Shown: piece after piece, positions 12,400-23,253 of the stretch
How positions within the stretch are numbered: position 1 is the first letter of the stretch
Layout: the number at the start of each line of letters is the position of its first letter
NCBI GenBank assembly: GCA_963785725.1
Contig: CAWAWS010000006.1
Location: 288,001-352,000 of the forward strand
DNA from: an uncultured delta proteobacterium
Lineage (GTDB): Bacteria > Myxococcota_A > Polyangia > Palsa-1104
Direction of reading: 5' to 3'
DNA length: 64,000 nt
Program-made: the position numbers and the translations under genes
Notes under the pieces: generated by a model
What the model saw: only the letters and a program-made list of their open reading frames with translations
What the model was told of the DNA's origin: nothing
Database searches by the model: none

Positions 12400-14021
12400 G
12401 GCCCGAACGCGGCCGCCAATCCCGCGGGACGATCGCCGGCCGCAGGCGGGCAGTCGCCGTCCGATTCGTCGATGGTGCCGGCCGCGCAGGCGATGCACGC
12501 GTTGGTCGGCCCCGACTGCACGAGCTGCGACCGCGACGTGTACGACGCGTTGCCCGTGCGCACGTCGACGGCGTAGAGGCCGTACTCGATGATGTCCAGG
12601 TTCACCGTGCACGGCTCCTGCGAGAACGTGATCTTCGTGCCCGACTCGACATAGTGCGCGCGAATGGCGAACTCGGCGCGGTTGCCATCGGGCGTCATCG
12701 CCAGCTCGTACGCCTCGAGCGACGTCGGCCGCACCGGGATGTTGATCGTCTGAATGTCGCCGTTCGCCGACGCCGTCGACGCGATCGGGATGGAATAGGT
12801 GGGGCCGGCGAACGACAGCGCCGTCGACGCCCCGCTCGACAACGTCACGCGCTGCAGGATGAACGCGTTGGGCTGCGTCATGTCGCGGGTCGACGTCACC
12901 GCGAACACGACGCCGTCGACGACGCGCACGGCGCTCGGGCAGGTCACGCCGCCGAGCAGCACGGCCGGCGCCACGTTGCCCGGCGTCGCGCTCTCGAGGT
13001 CCAGCGTGGCGATCTGTCCGCTCGTCGCGTCGGCCAAGACCAGCGTGCCCGTCGCCGGGTCGACCGTGAGGTCGCTGACGAAGCCGGGCAGCGTGAACGT
13101 GCCGCCGACGGTGCCGTCGACGCCGACGACGACGATGCCGTTCGCCGCCGGCGTCGGTCCCGGGCTGCAGGGGTCGACGGTCGTGCCGCCGGTGAGCACG
13201 TACATCTTGAGCCCGTCGGGCGAAAACGCGATGGCGCGTCCGACTTGCCCGTTGAGCGACACCGTCTTCGCCATCGCCTGCGCCGGAGTCGCCTCGAGGC
13301 CGGCCACGTCGCTGATGAGGGCAAGCCCGCTCGTGCCCGGATCGAGCGCCACGAGCGCCATGTCGCGCGGCGCGACCCCGAGCCGCGACGGCGCAAACGG
13401 CAACGTCAGCGCCCCGGCGACGCTCGTGCCCGATCCGGTGTCGAACGCGCCCAGCGCCGTGCCGTTGGCGACGAAGAGGAAGCGGCCGTCCCAGCTGACC
13501 GCGCCCGCCGTCATGCCGGCGATGGCGCGCGGCCCGCTGCCCGCCGCCAAATCGACCGAGGAGTTGGGATCGAGGATCTGCACCTTGGCCGTCGCGTCGC
13601 CCGTCGCCATCTCGGGCGGCAGCGTCGAGCCGACGAAGATCAACGGCTTGCGTATGTCGGCCTCGTATTTTCGCGTCTTGCCCGTCTCGATGCTGACGTC
13701 GCGGATGCGCGCTTCGCCGAGCAAGTTGCCGCCCGAGAGCGCCGTGACGTAGACGTCGACCGGCGTGTCCGACGGCGTGAGCGCGCCCAGCGGCAGGCGT
13801 CCGCCGCTCGACCCGCCCGAGCCTTGCACGGCCGAGGCGATGCCGATGACCGTGCCCGACGCCGTGCGAATGTCGTATTCGCTGACCGTGGCCGGCGGTG
13901 CCACCGGGTCATATAAGGTGTTGGTCGGCGACGTGATGTCGAAGGTCACGGCGCCGCGACTGCCGCAAGCGGCCACGAGCGCACAGAGACCCAGAGCGCA
14001 ACCACCACGTAGGCGGGGCAT
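12396..14021 (-). CDS. Lipoprotein, probable beta-propeller (YncE-like)
   Basis: Lipobox LVAAC; repeated SWDGRFLFV / FSPDGLKMYV / MTPDGNRA blade-like motifs. Confidence 0.65.
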   Translation of the reverse strand: MPRLRGGCALGLCALVAACGSRGAVTFDITSPTNTLYDPVAPPATVSEYDIRTASGTVIGIASAVQGSGGSSGGRLPLGALTPSDTPVDVYVTALSGGNLLGEARIRDVSIETGKTRKYEADIRKPLIFVGSTLPPEMATGDATAKVQILDPNSSVDLAAGSGPRAIAGMTAGAVSWDGRFLFVANGTALGAFDTGSGTSVAGALTLPFAPSRLGVAPRDMALVALDPGTSGLALISDVAGLEATPAQAMAKTVSLNGQVGRAIAFSPDGLKMYVLTGGTTVDPCSPGPTPAANGIVVVGVDGTVGGTFTLPGFVSDLTVDPATGTLVLADATSGQIATLDLESATPGNVAPAVLLGGVTCPSAVRVVDGVVFAVTSTRDMTQPNAFILQRVTLSSGASTALSFAGPTYSIPIASTASANGDIQTINIPVRPTSLEAYELAMTPDGNRAEFAIRAHYVESGTKITFSQEPCTVNLDIIEYGLYAVDVRTGNASYTSRSQLVQSGPTNACIACAAGTIDESDGDCPPAAGDRPAGLAAAFGP

Positions 14022-14056
14022 GCGCGCGAACTGTATCACAAGCTCGCCGTTCCTCG

Positions 14057-14143
14057 CGCCGGCGGCGCGGCGAGGGCCGCGGAGGCTCGCGTTGGGCGGG
14101 GTCGCCGGGCCGCCGCGGGTCGCGCTTCGCCGCGCCGCCGGCG
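14057..14143. repeat. Long GC-rich inverted repeat (REP/MITE-like)
   Basis: CGCCGGCGGCGCGGCGA ... TCGCCGCGCCGCCGGCG 17-bp perfect arms in divergent intergenic region. Confidence 0.55.
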
Positions 14144-14203
14144 AGGCGGGCTCAACTTGGTTGAATTACGGTCAGTTCCTTGGCATCATCTACCGCTGGG
14201 ACA

Positions 14204-15949
14204 ATGTCCGTAGTGGCTCCCATGCCGGGTCCGGCCGCCGCCGTCCGTGACCTGCCGAGCGTCTTCGGCCGATATCTCCTGCTCAAGCGCTTGTCGCGGG
14301 GCGGCATGGGCGAGATTTTTCTCGCGAAGCTGGGCGAGATCCAAGGCTTCGAGAAGCTCGTCATCATCAAGAAGGTCTTGCCGCACCTCGTCGCCGACCA
14401 GGAGTTCATCAAGCGCTTCATCGACGAGGCGCAGGTCGCCATCAAGCTGCAGCACGGCAACATCGCGCCCGTCTTCGAGGTCGGCAAGGTCGAGGGCGAA
14501 TACTTCCTCGCCATCGAGTACATCGAGGGCCGCGATCTGCGCCGCACGATCACGCGCCAGCGCGAAGAGCGCACGCGACTGCCGCCCGATCTCGCGCTCT
14601 TCATCGTCCGCGAGCTCGCCTCGGGCTTGGCCTACGCGCACCGCAAGACCGACGAATCGGGCAAGTCGCTGGCGCTCGTGCACTGCGACATCTCGCCGCC
14701 GAATGTCATGGTGTCGTTCGAGGGCGAGGTCAAGATCATCGACTTCGGCATCGCCAAGAGCGCCATTCGCATCGCCGAGACGAACCCCAACATGGGCTTC
14801 GGCAAGTTCGGCTACATGGCGCCCGAGCAGCTGATTCGCGGCGGCATCGTCGACAAGCGCACCGACGTCTACGCGGCCGGCGTCGTCTTGTACGAGCTTT
14901 TGTGCGGCGAGCGGCTGTTCACGTTCCCCGAAGGCGCCGACTATCGCGCCATCGCGCGCATGGTCACGGCGGGCAAGTTCAAGCCGCCGTCTCAACGTGA
15001 CCCGCGGCTCGATCCCGATCTCGATCGCATCGTCATGAAGGCGCTGGCGTCGCAGAAGGACGAGCGCTTCCAGACGGCCGAGGAGTTCCGCGACGCGATC
15101 CAAGTGAAGCTGTCGCAGATGAACCCGACGATGAACGCGGACGCGCTCGCGCACTTCCTGCGCGGCCTTTTCCGCGACGAGATCACCGAAGAGCACGCGC
15201 TCGTCGCCAGCATGAAGGCCGTCGACGTGGCGCCGTTCCAGAACGAGCTCGACGCGGCGACGCATCAGCACACGGTCACCTACGCGCGGGCGTCGCTCGT
15301 CAATCGCATCATCTCGCGTACCGGTTCGGCGGGATCGAGCTCGATTCCGCTCATGCCCTCGGACAAGATGCTGCTGGCGCATCCGCAGCGGCGCGGGCTG
15401 TTCATCGCCGGGACGCTGGCGGCGCTGATGGCCGGCGGCGCACTGGCGGCGTGGCTGGCGCGACCGACGCAGCCCGATCCGGTGCCGGCGCAGAATACGG
15501 CACCGCAGCCGCAGCCGCCGCAGAACCTGCCGGCGGCGACGCCGCAGCCGCAGCTGCCGACGCAGCCGGTGGTGACGCAGCTGACGGCGGGCTCGACGCA
15601 TCCGTCGCCGCAGACGATTCAGATGCAGCAGGTGAAGTCGACGACGCCGCCGCGCAACCTGCAGCATCCGATCAAGCATCCGCCGAAGCCGGTGCCGAAG
15701 GCGCCGCCGCCGCCGCACGTCGTCGCCGCCAAACCGGCGGCGCACACGCCCGAGCAGGTGCAGGCGAAGTTCAGCAAAGTGCGCGGCGAATACGCGGCGT
15801 TCAAGAGCCAATACGGCTCGGTGCTGGAAGACAAGTGGAACGCCATCGCCAGCGAAGTCACGTTCGGCAAGGCCGACAAGTTCGACCGCGTCGACTCCAT
15901 GCTCGATGCGTTGCGCCGCGAAATGACGCGCGTGCGCAGCGGCAATTAA
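14204..15949 (+). CDS. Membrane Ser/Thr protein kinase (Hanks type)
   Basis: LSRGGMGEIF, HCDISPPNV, DFGIAK, GYMAPEQ, DVYAAG; TM helix then Pro/Gln-rich tail. Confidence 0.93.
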   Translation: MSVVAPMPGPAAAVRDLPSVFGRYLLLKRLSRGGMGEIFLAKLGEIQGFEKLVIIKKVLPHLVADQEFIKRFIDEAQVAIKLQHGNIAPVFEVGKVEGEYFLAIEYIEGRDLRRTITRQREERTRLPPDLALFIVRELASGLAYAHRKTDESGKSLALVHCDISPPNVMVSFEGEVKIIDFGIAKSAIRIAETNPNMGFGKFGYMAPEQLIRGGIVDKRTDVYAAGVVLYELLCGERLFTFPEGADYRAIARMVTAGKFKPPSQRDPRLDPDLDRIVMKALASQKDERFQTAEEFRDAIQVKLSQMNPTMNADALAHFLRGLFRDEITEEHALVASMKAVDVAPFQNELDAATHQHTVTYARASLVNRIISRTGSAGSSSIPLMPSDKMLLAHPQRRGLFIAGTLAALMAGGALAAWLARPTQPDPVPAQNTAPQPQPPQNLPAATPQPQLPTQPVVTQLTAGSTHPSPQTIQMQQVKSTTPPRNLQHPIKHPPKPVPKAPPPPHVVAAKPAAHTPEQVQAKFSKVRGEYAAFKSQYGSVLEDKWNAIASEVTFGKADKFDRVDSMLDALRREMTRVRSGN

Positions 15950-16143
15950 ACGGTGTCGCGTAGGTTGGGCGACAAGCGGAAGACAAGGAAGACGCGAGGA
16001 GCCCGCGCAGCATACGTGCAGGCACCGCAGCGGCTGACGCTGGATTACGCGCTGGATCACAAGCTAGGCGACGCTGCTTAGTTACGCCCGTCGCATAGCG
16101 GACATCGTTTCCCTCAAAGACACGGGAAATTTTCAAAATTGCC

Positions 16144-16158
16144 TGGCATTCGCTACGC
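16144..16158 (+). promoter_or_regulatory. Possible sigma-54 promoter
   Basis: TGGCATTCGCTACGC fits GG-N10-GC, 20 nt upstream of the ATG, preceded by AT-rich tract. Confidence 0.35.
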
Positions 16159-16178
16159 GTCATCGTTTTTCATGCGGC

Positions 16179-17549
16179 ATGCGGAATTGCTTACTCTTGT
16201 TCGCGTGCCTTGGAATCATCGGTTGCGGCGGCGGTGACAAAGGCGGTCAGGATGCCGGCGTCGGCGACGACATGGCCGGCGGCGGCCCGGCCTCGTGCAT
16301 GCTCCCGACGAACGCCACGCTCGATACGCAGCGGCAGTCGTGCACGTTCGCGGCCGGCGCGTCGGCTGTCGACACGCTGGGCGTGAACGAGGCCAGCCGC
16401 GCGGCGCTGCCGATCAAGCACGTCATCGTGCTCATGAAGGAGAACCGCTCCTTCGATCACATGTTCGGTCAGCTGTCGGTCTCGACGCAGCCGATGTCGG
16501 AGCCGGTGCCGTCGACGTTCGCCAACCTCGACGCGACCGGCGCGACGGTGCCGCCGTACCACCTGCCGGCGACGTGCTGGCCGTACGATCCGCATCATCA
16601 GTGGGACGACATGCACGCGATGGTCGACGGCGGCAAGATGGACGGCTTCGTCACCAACGCCGCCGCCAACAACGATCCCTATCCGCCGCTGGGTCAGACG
16701 CTGCCGCCGTCGGACGGCCACTTCACGATGGGCTATTACACGCAGACCGATCTGCCGTTCTACTACTGGCTCGCCAGCAACTTCGCGCTCGCCGATCGCT
16801 ACTTCGCGTCGGTGCAGTCGGGCACGTGGGCCAATCGCGACTATCTCGTGGCCGCGACGTCGAACGGCACCAAGAACACCGGCACCGATCCGGCGCTGTC
16901 GGGCGTGCCGCTCATCTTCGACGAGCTCGACACCGCCAACGTCACCTGGCAGGTCTACACCAACGACTTCGCGCCGCTCGAGTTCTCGGTCAACTGGACC
17001 AATCGCAAGCCCAAAGGCTCGGTGCAGGACTTCTTCACTGCGCTGTCCGACGGCTCGTTGCCGCAAGTCGCGTTCATCGACGCCACGACCTCGCTGACGC
17101 CGCCGGAAACCGACGAGCACCCGCCGGCCGACGTGCAGGTCGGCGAAGCGTGGACGCGCCAGCTCGTCGCGCAGCTCATCGCCAGCCCGCTGTGGGCGTC
17201 GTCGGTGCTGTTCTACACCTACGACGAAGCCGGCGGTTACGCCGACCACGTGCCGCCGCCGTCGAGCTGCGCGCCCAGCCCCGATCAGTCGGAGTTCACC
17301 GAGCTCGGCGTGCGCGTGCCGTTCGTGGTCGTGTCGCCGTACGCCAAGCGCAACTTCGTGTCGCACGAGCAGCATCAGCACACGTCGATCTTGCGCTTCA
17401 TCGAGCTGCTCTACGGCGTGCCGGCGTTGACTGCGCGCGACGCCAACTCGGACGCGCTGCTCGACCTCTTCGACTTCTGCTCGACGCCGCCCGCGGTCGA
17501 CGTCACGGCGATGCCGATGGCCGGCACCGGCGGCTGCACGACAATGTAA
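16179..17549 (+). CDS. Phosphoesterase / non-hemolytic phospholipase C family lipoprotein
   Basis: IKHVIVLMKENRSFDHMFG, GKMDGF, TWANR, DEHPP, YDEAGGYADHV, GVRVP; lipobox IIGC. Confidence 0.9.
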   Translation: MRNCLLLFACLGIIGCGGGDKGGQDAGVGDDMAGGGPASCMLPTNATLDTQRQSCTFAAGASAVDTLGVNEASRAALPIKHVIVLMKENRSFDHMFGQLSVSTQPMSEPVPSTFANLDATGATVPPYHLPATCWPYDPHHQWDDMHAMVDGGKMDGFVTNAAANNDPYPPLGQTLPPSDGHFTMGYYTQTDLPFYYWLASNFALADRYFASVQSGTWANRDYLVAATSNGTKNTGTDPALSGVPLIFDELDTANVTWQVYTNDFAPLEFSVNWTNRKPKGSVQDFFTALSDGSLPQVAFIDATTSLTPPETDEHPPADVQVGEAWTRQLVAQLIASPLWASSVLFYTYDEAGGYADHVPPPSSCAPSPDQSEFTELGVRVPFVVVSPYAKRNFVSHEQHQHTSILRFIELLYGVPALTARDANSDALLDLFDFCSTPPAVDVTAMPMAGTGGCTTM

Positions 17550-17604
17550 CGCGGCGTCCCAAAACGGCGATGCGAACGCGCGCGACGCGTGCTAGATTGC
17601 GCGC

Positions 17605-18402
17605 ATGTATTTGACGGCGCGCCTCGTCGAGAATCGACCGCTCGGGCGCGGAAATTTCGTGTTGCGGCTGGCGCTGCCCGAAGCCCACGCCGACGCGCTG
17701 CAAAGCGCCAAGCCGGGACAGTTCGTGATGCTACGCGCCGAGTGGGGCCGCGATCCGCTGCTGCCGCGCGCGTTCTCCATTCTCCGGCTGTGCGACGGCG
17801 GCCTCGAGATCCTCGTCAAAGCGATCGGTCGCGGCACGCGCCTCCTGCAGCTGTTGACGGAAGGCGCGCCCTTGTCGCTGCTCGGTCCGCTCGGCAGCGC
17901 GTTTGCGCCGACCGAGAGCGGCGGCGATTGGCTCGTGGCCGGCGGCGTCGGGCTGGCGCCGCTCTTGTGGTTCGCCGAGCAGCATCCGGGCGCGAAGCCG
18001 CACACGCTCGTCTACGGCGCGCGCACGGCCGAAGATTTGGTGCTGCTCGATGACATCCGCAAATCGGGCGCGCACCTCGTGTTGACCACCGAAGACGGCA
18101 GCGCGCCCGCCGGCTACGAAGTCATCCGCGGCCGCGTCACCGACGCCATGGCGCAACGGCTGCCCGGTCGCGCCGGCGGCGGTCGCGTCTTGACCTGCGG
18201 ACCGAACGCCATGATGCGCGCCGTCGTCGAGCAAGCCCGCGCGCACGACTTGCCGTGCCTCGTCAGCGTCGAAGGCGAGATGGCGTGCGGCATCGGCGCC
18301 TGTCTCGGCTGCGCCGTCCCGCTCACCGACGGCAGCCGCCCGTTCGCCTACGCCTGTACCGACGGCCCCGTCTTCGACGCCGCGCGAGTCGTGATTCCAT
18401 GA
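17605..18402 (+). CDS. pyrK: Dihydroorotate dehydrogenase electron transfer subunit
   Basis: PGQFVML, RAFSI, VAGGVGLAP, CGPNAM, MACGIGACLGC...CTDGPVF. Confidence 0.93.
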   Translation: MYLTARLVENRPLGRGNFVLRLALPEAHADALQSAKPGQFVMLRAEWGRDPLLPRAFSILRLCDGGLEILVKAIGRGTRLLQLLTEGAPLSLLGPLGSAFAPTESGGDWLVAGGVGLAPLLWFAEQHPGAKPHTLVYGARTAEDLVLLDDIRKSGAHLVLTTEDGSAPAGYEVIRGRVTDAMAQRLPGRAGGGRVLTCGPNAMMRAVVEQARAHDLPCLVSVEGEMACGIGACLGCAVPLTDGSRPFAYACTDGPVFDAARVVIP

Positions 18403-18488
18403 GCCAGCCCAAGCGAGCGAATGTGAGCGTGGCCCGTCCGGCCCGCGGATCGAACCTGTGCTGGCGAACGCAGTGGGTGCGTTCGTGA
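18399..18488 (+). CDS. Putative 29-aa coupled micro-ORF between pyrK and pyrD
   Basis: ATG overlaps pyrK TGA (ATGA); its TGA overlaps pyrD GTG (GTGA); MSQPKRANVSVARPARGSNLCWRTQWVRS. Confidence 0.4.
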   Translation: MSQPKRANVSVARPARGSNLCWRTQWVRS

Positions 18489-19453
18489 GTATCGACGCCG
18501 TGAATCATCGCGAAGCGGATCCCAATGCGCCGACGCCGAGCCTGCGCGTCCACTTCGCCGGGCTCGACTGCGTGACGCCGATCTGGACCGCATCCGGCAC
18601 CTTCGGCTACGGCAAAGAGTTCGCGCCCTATCTGCCGCTCGAGTCGCTGGGCGCCATCTGCACCAAGGGCATCTCGCCGAAGCCGCGCGGCGGCAACCCG
18701 CTGCCGCGCATCTGCGAGACCGCGTCGGGCATGATCAACTCGATCGGCCTCGAAAACGTCGGCGTCGAAGGCTTCCGCGAACAAAAGCTGCCGCTCTTGC
18801 GCAAGTCGGGCACGCAGGTCGTCGTCAACTTCTTCGGCGAGACCTTCGACGAATACATCGCCTGCGGCGCCGCGCTCGACGCGCTCGACGGCGTGCACAT
18901 GCTCGAGATGAACGTCAGCTGCCCCAACGTGAAGAAGGGCGGCGTCGAATACGGCACCGATCCCAACGTGTTGCGCGATCTCGTCCAGCAGTGTCGCGCG
19001 GTCATCAAGAAGCCGCTCATCATCAAGCTGACGCCCAACACGACCGACGTCGTCGCCATCGCCAAAGCCTCGATGGACGGCGGCGCCGACGGCTTGTCCG
19101 TCATCAACACGCTGTCCGCCATGGCCATCGACGCCCGCAAGCGGCGGCCGCGCATCGCCACGACGTTCGGCGGCCTGTCGGGACCGGCCATCAAGCCGAT
19201 CGCGCTGCGCATGGTCTACCAAGTCCACCGCGCCATGCCCAACGTGCCGATCAGCGGCATCGGCGGCATCGCGACCGGCGAAGACGTGGCCGAGTTCCTG
19301 CTCGCCGGCGCGACGACGGTGCAGGTCGGCACGCAGAGCTTCGCCGAGCCGCACGCGGCGACACGCATTCGTGACGAGCTCGTCCAGTTCATGCGCGAAG
19401 AAAAAATCACGGACGTGCGAGAATTGATCGGCGGTCTGCAAGGCGGTCGCTGA
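18485..19453 (+). CDS. pyrD: Dihydroorotate dehydrogenase class 1B catalytic subunit
   Basis: ASGTFGYG, MINSIGLEN, NVSCPNV, KLTPN, GGLSGPAIKP; start uncertain. Confidence 0.93.
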   Translation: MSIDAVNHREADPNAPTPSLRVHFAGLDCVTPIWTASGTFGYGKEFAPYLPLESLGAICTKGISPKPRGGNPLPRICETASGMINSIGLENVGVEGFREQKLPLLRKSGTQVVVNFFGETFDEYIACGAALDALDGVHMLEMNVSCPNVKKGGVEYGTDPNVLRDLVQQCRAVIKKPLIIKLTPNTTDVVAIAKASMDGGADGLSVINTLSAMAIDARKRRPRIATTFGGLSGPAIKPIALRMVYQVHRAMPNVPISGIGGIATGEDVAEFLLAGATTVQVGTQSFAEPHAATRIRDELVQFMREEKITDVRELIGGLQGGR

Positions 19454-19494
19454 CGCAGCGGCGACCGCTATCCAGCAGCGTCGTTTTTCGATAA

Positions 19495-19899
<405 letters not shown>

Positions 19900-19929
19900 G
19901 CTTTCACGCCTCTTAAGGAGAACATCACG

Positions 19930-21359
<1,430 letters not shown>

Positions 21360-21381
21360 TCGCCGATCGACCGCAGTAACC

Positions 21382-21418
21382 GAAGAGGCCGAGCCGCAAC
21401 GCTCGGCCTCTTTTTTTG
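21382..21418 (+). terminator. Rho-independent terminator after glnA
   Basis: AAGAGGCCGAGC-cgcaac-GCTCGGCCTCTT followed by T-run. Confidence 0.85.
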
Positions 21419-21433
21419 CGCCCGTCGGAACGC

Positions 21434-22954
21434 TTAGTGCGCCAACAAGTACGCTTCGAGCGCCAGCTTGTGATCGTCGGTCAGCGCGCAGGTCATGTCG
21501 TGGCCGGTCGCCCCGAACGCCGCCTCCGTGTTCGTCGGCCGCGGCGTGCGACAAAAGAGCGCGTCCAGCGATGGCAGCGAGCCGTTGTGCAGAAAGCGGC
21601 TCATCGCCCACTCACCGACGAGTCGCGGCGCCTTCACTTGGTGCGTCAGCTGCACCGTCTCGTCCGCCGGCAAGTTGCAGCACGCCATGCCGAGCCCCGT
21701 CGGATCGAGCCAGTCGCGCAGGGCGTCGTCGGTCCCGATGGCGCTGAAGTCGTAGAGCTGCGTGCCCGAGCCGCGCGGCCCCGCGTGACAGCCGATGCAG
21801 CCGTCGCTGTAGAAGTCGGCGAGGCCTTGCGCGACGAGCGCGGCGTCGGGCGGCGACGGGTTGGCCGGCGGGCGCAGTGAGAAGACGTAGTCGGCGAGCG
21901 GCTGCAGCTTGGCGTCCGTCCACGTCGCCTCGGGACCGCCGCCGAAGCCGACGAAGCCGTGCAAGAAGTCCATGACGCTCGTCGTGCCGCCGGTCCAGCC
22001 GAGCCAGGCGCTGTCGAGCCCGGCGGCGGCGAGCTCGTCCGGCGGCGCCAGCGACCACAGCGGCGAGATCTTGCTGATCGTATGCACCGTGTCGTCGATG
22101 GGCAGCGGCTGAATGAGAAAGTCCATCGTCCCCGACAGCCACGTCGCGTAGTGATGCTCGTTGTCCATCGTCAAGGTCGGCATGCTTCCGGCCGCGCCCG
22201 CCAACGGCAGCACCGCCGCCAACAGCTTCGCCGACAGCGTCGCGTCCGCCTTGATGGCGTCGAGGATCGGCTGCACGGCGGCGACGGCGTCGGGATCGTG
22301 GCCCGACGTGCTGCCGCCCAGGCCCAGCGACGGCACCAGCATCAGCGCCAACACCTGCTTACCGTAATCGTAGGCGTGATTGGGCGCGCCCACCGCATAA
22401 CGACCGTCGGACAGCTGGGCGAAGTGACAGCTCGCGCAGGTGAACGCCAGCGCGTCGGCGCCGTTGGCTGGTGTCGTCGGTGCCAGACCGAGCGGATAGG
22501 ACTCCGTCGACGTCGGATCGGCGACCAGGCCCAGCTGTGTGAAGCCGGCGCCGACTTCGTTGGGGAAATTTTGCGCCAAGAACTGCACCAGCGACGCGGG
22601 CACGCCGGTGGTGCCGAATGACTCGTAGAAGAACATCGACTTGCCGCAGAGCAGCCGCGATTTGTCGTCGCTGGCGCCGGCGAAGTAGCGATCGCAGGCG
22701 CCCGTCAGCTGTCCGTTTTCGAGCACGGCGTTCAAGTCCGACGAGACGTTGGTCAGGCCGAAGGCGCCGTCGGGCAGCGGCGCCAAGGGATCGACGAGCG
22801 CGCCGCCGTCGCCGCCGATACCGACGGGCGCGCCGCCGGCGTTGCCGCCGCCCGCCGTTCCCGCGCCGCCACTTGGCTCGCTCCCGCCGCCGGACCCGGA
22901 CGACGATGAGGAGGCACAACCCGCCACCAACAACAGCGCCATGAGCTTGTTCAT
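21434..22954 (-). CDS. Di-heme cytochrome c lipoprotein (RoxA/MauG/peroxidase-like C-terminus)
   Basis: Lipobox LVAGC; CASCH and CIGCH; APRLVGEW...FLHNGSLPSL...GH. Confidence 0.78.
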   Translation of the reverse strand: MNKLMALLLVAGCASSSSSGSGGGSEPSGGAGTAGGGNAGGAPVGIGGDGGALVDPLAPLPDGAFGLTNVSSDLNAVLENGQLTGACDRYFAGASDDKSRLLCGKSMFFYESFGTTGVPASLVQFLAQNFPNEVGAGFTQLGLVADPTSTESYPLGLAPTTPANGADALAFTCASCHFAQLSDGRYAVGAPNHAYDYGKQVLALMLVPSLGLGGSTSGHDPDAVAAVQPILDAIKADATLSAKLLAAVLPLAGAAGSMPTLTMDNEHHYATWLSGTMDFLIQPLPIDDTVHTISKISPLWSLAPPDELAAAGLDSAWLGWTGGTTSVMDFLHGFVGFGGGPEATWTDAKLQPLADYVFSLRPPANPSPPDAALVAQGLADFYSDGCIGCHAGPRGSGTQLYDFSAIGTDDALRDWLDPTGLGMACCNLPADETVQLTHQVKAPRLVGEWAMSRFLHNGSLPSLDALFCRTPRPTNTEAAFGATGHDMTCALTDDHKLALEAYLLAH

Positions 22955-22961
22955 GCGCGCA

Positions 22962-23011
22962 GTTAAAAATATTTTTAACAAACGGGTCAAGAAGTTAAAA
23001 AAATACTTAAT
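22962..23011. promoter_or_regulatory. Palindromic operator pair upstream of cytochrome gene
   Basis: Perfect palindrome GTTAAAAATATTTTTAAC (22962-22979) and degenerate copy GTTAAAAAAATACTTAAT (22994-23011) flanking minus-strand TTGACC. Confidence 0.65.
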
Positions 23012-23217
23012 TCGACCTCTTTTGTGTCCCGCGCGACGCGTTCGCGGCACGATCGCGGCTGGGCGCGTCTCGGCCCGCCCGCGTCGCTTTCGCCGGTCGC
23101 CTGCGTCGCGCCAGCCGGCCAGCTGACATTCCCGAGCGCCGTCGCGGTATGTATTTGCGGCGGCCAACCCCGAAGTGGGATAAGCTGCTCTCTGTAGGCT
23201 TATATGCGTGTCGGAAA

Positions 23218-23246
23218 TTGACGTACTTCCGATAATTTCGTACAAT
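23218..23246 (+). promoter_or_regulatory. Sigma-70 promoter of psd (leaderless)
   Basis: TTGACG-17 nt-TACAAT, 7 nt before ATG; TCGGAA-N10-TTCCGA inverted repeat spans the -35. Confidence 0.75.
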
Positions 23247-23253
23247 TGACCGA

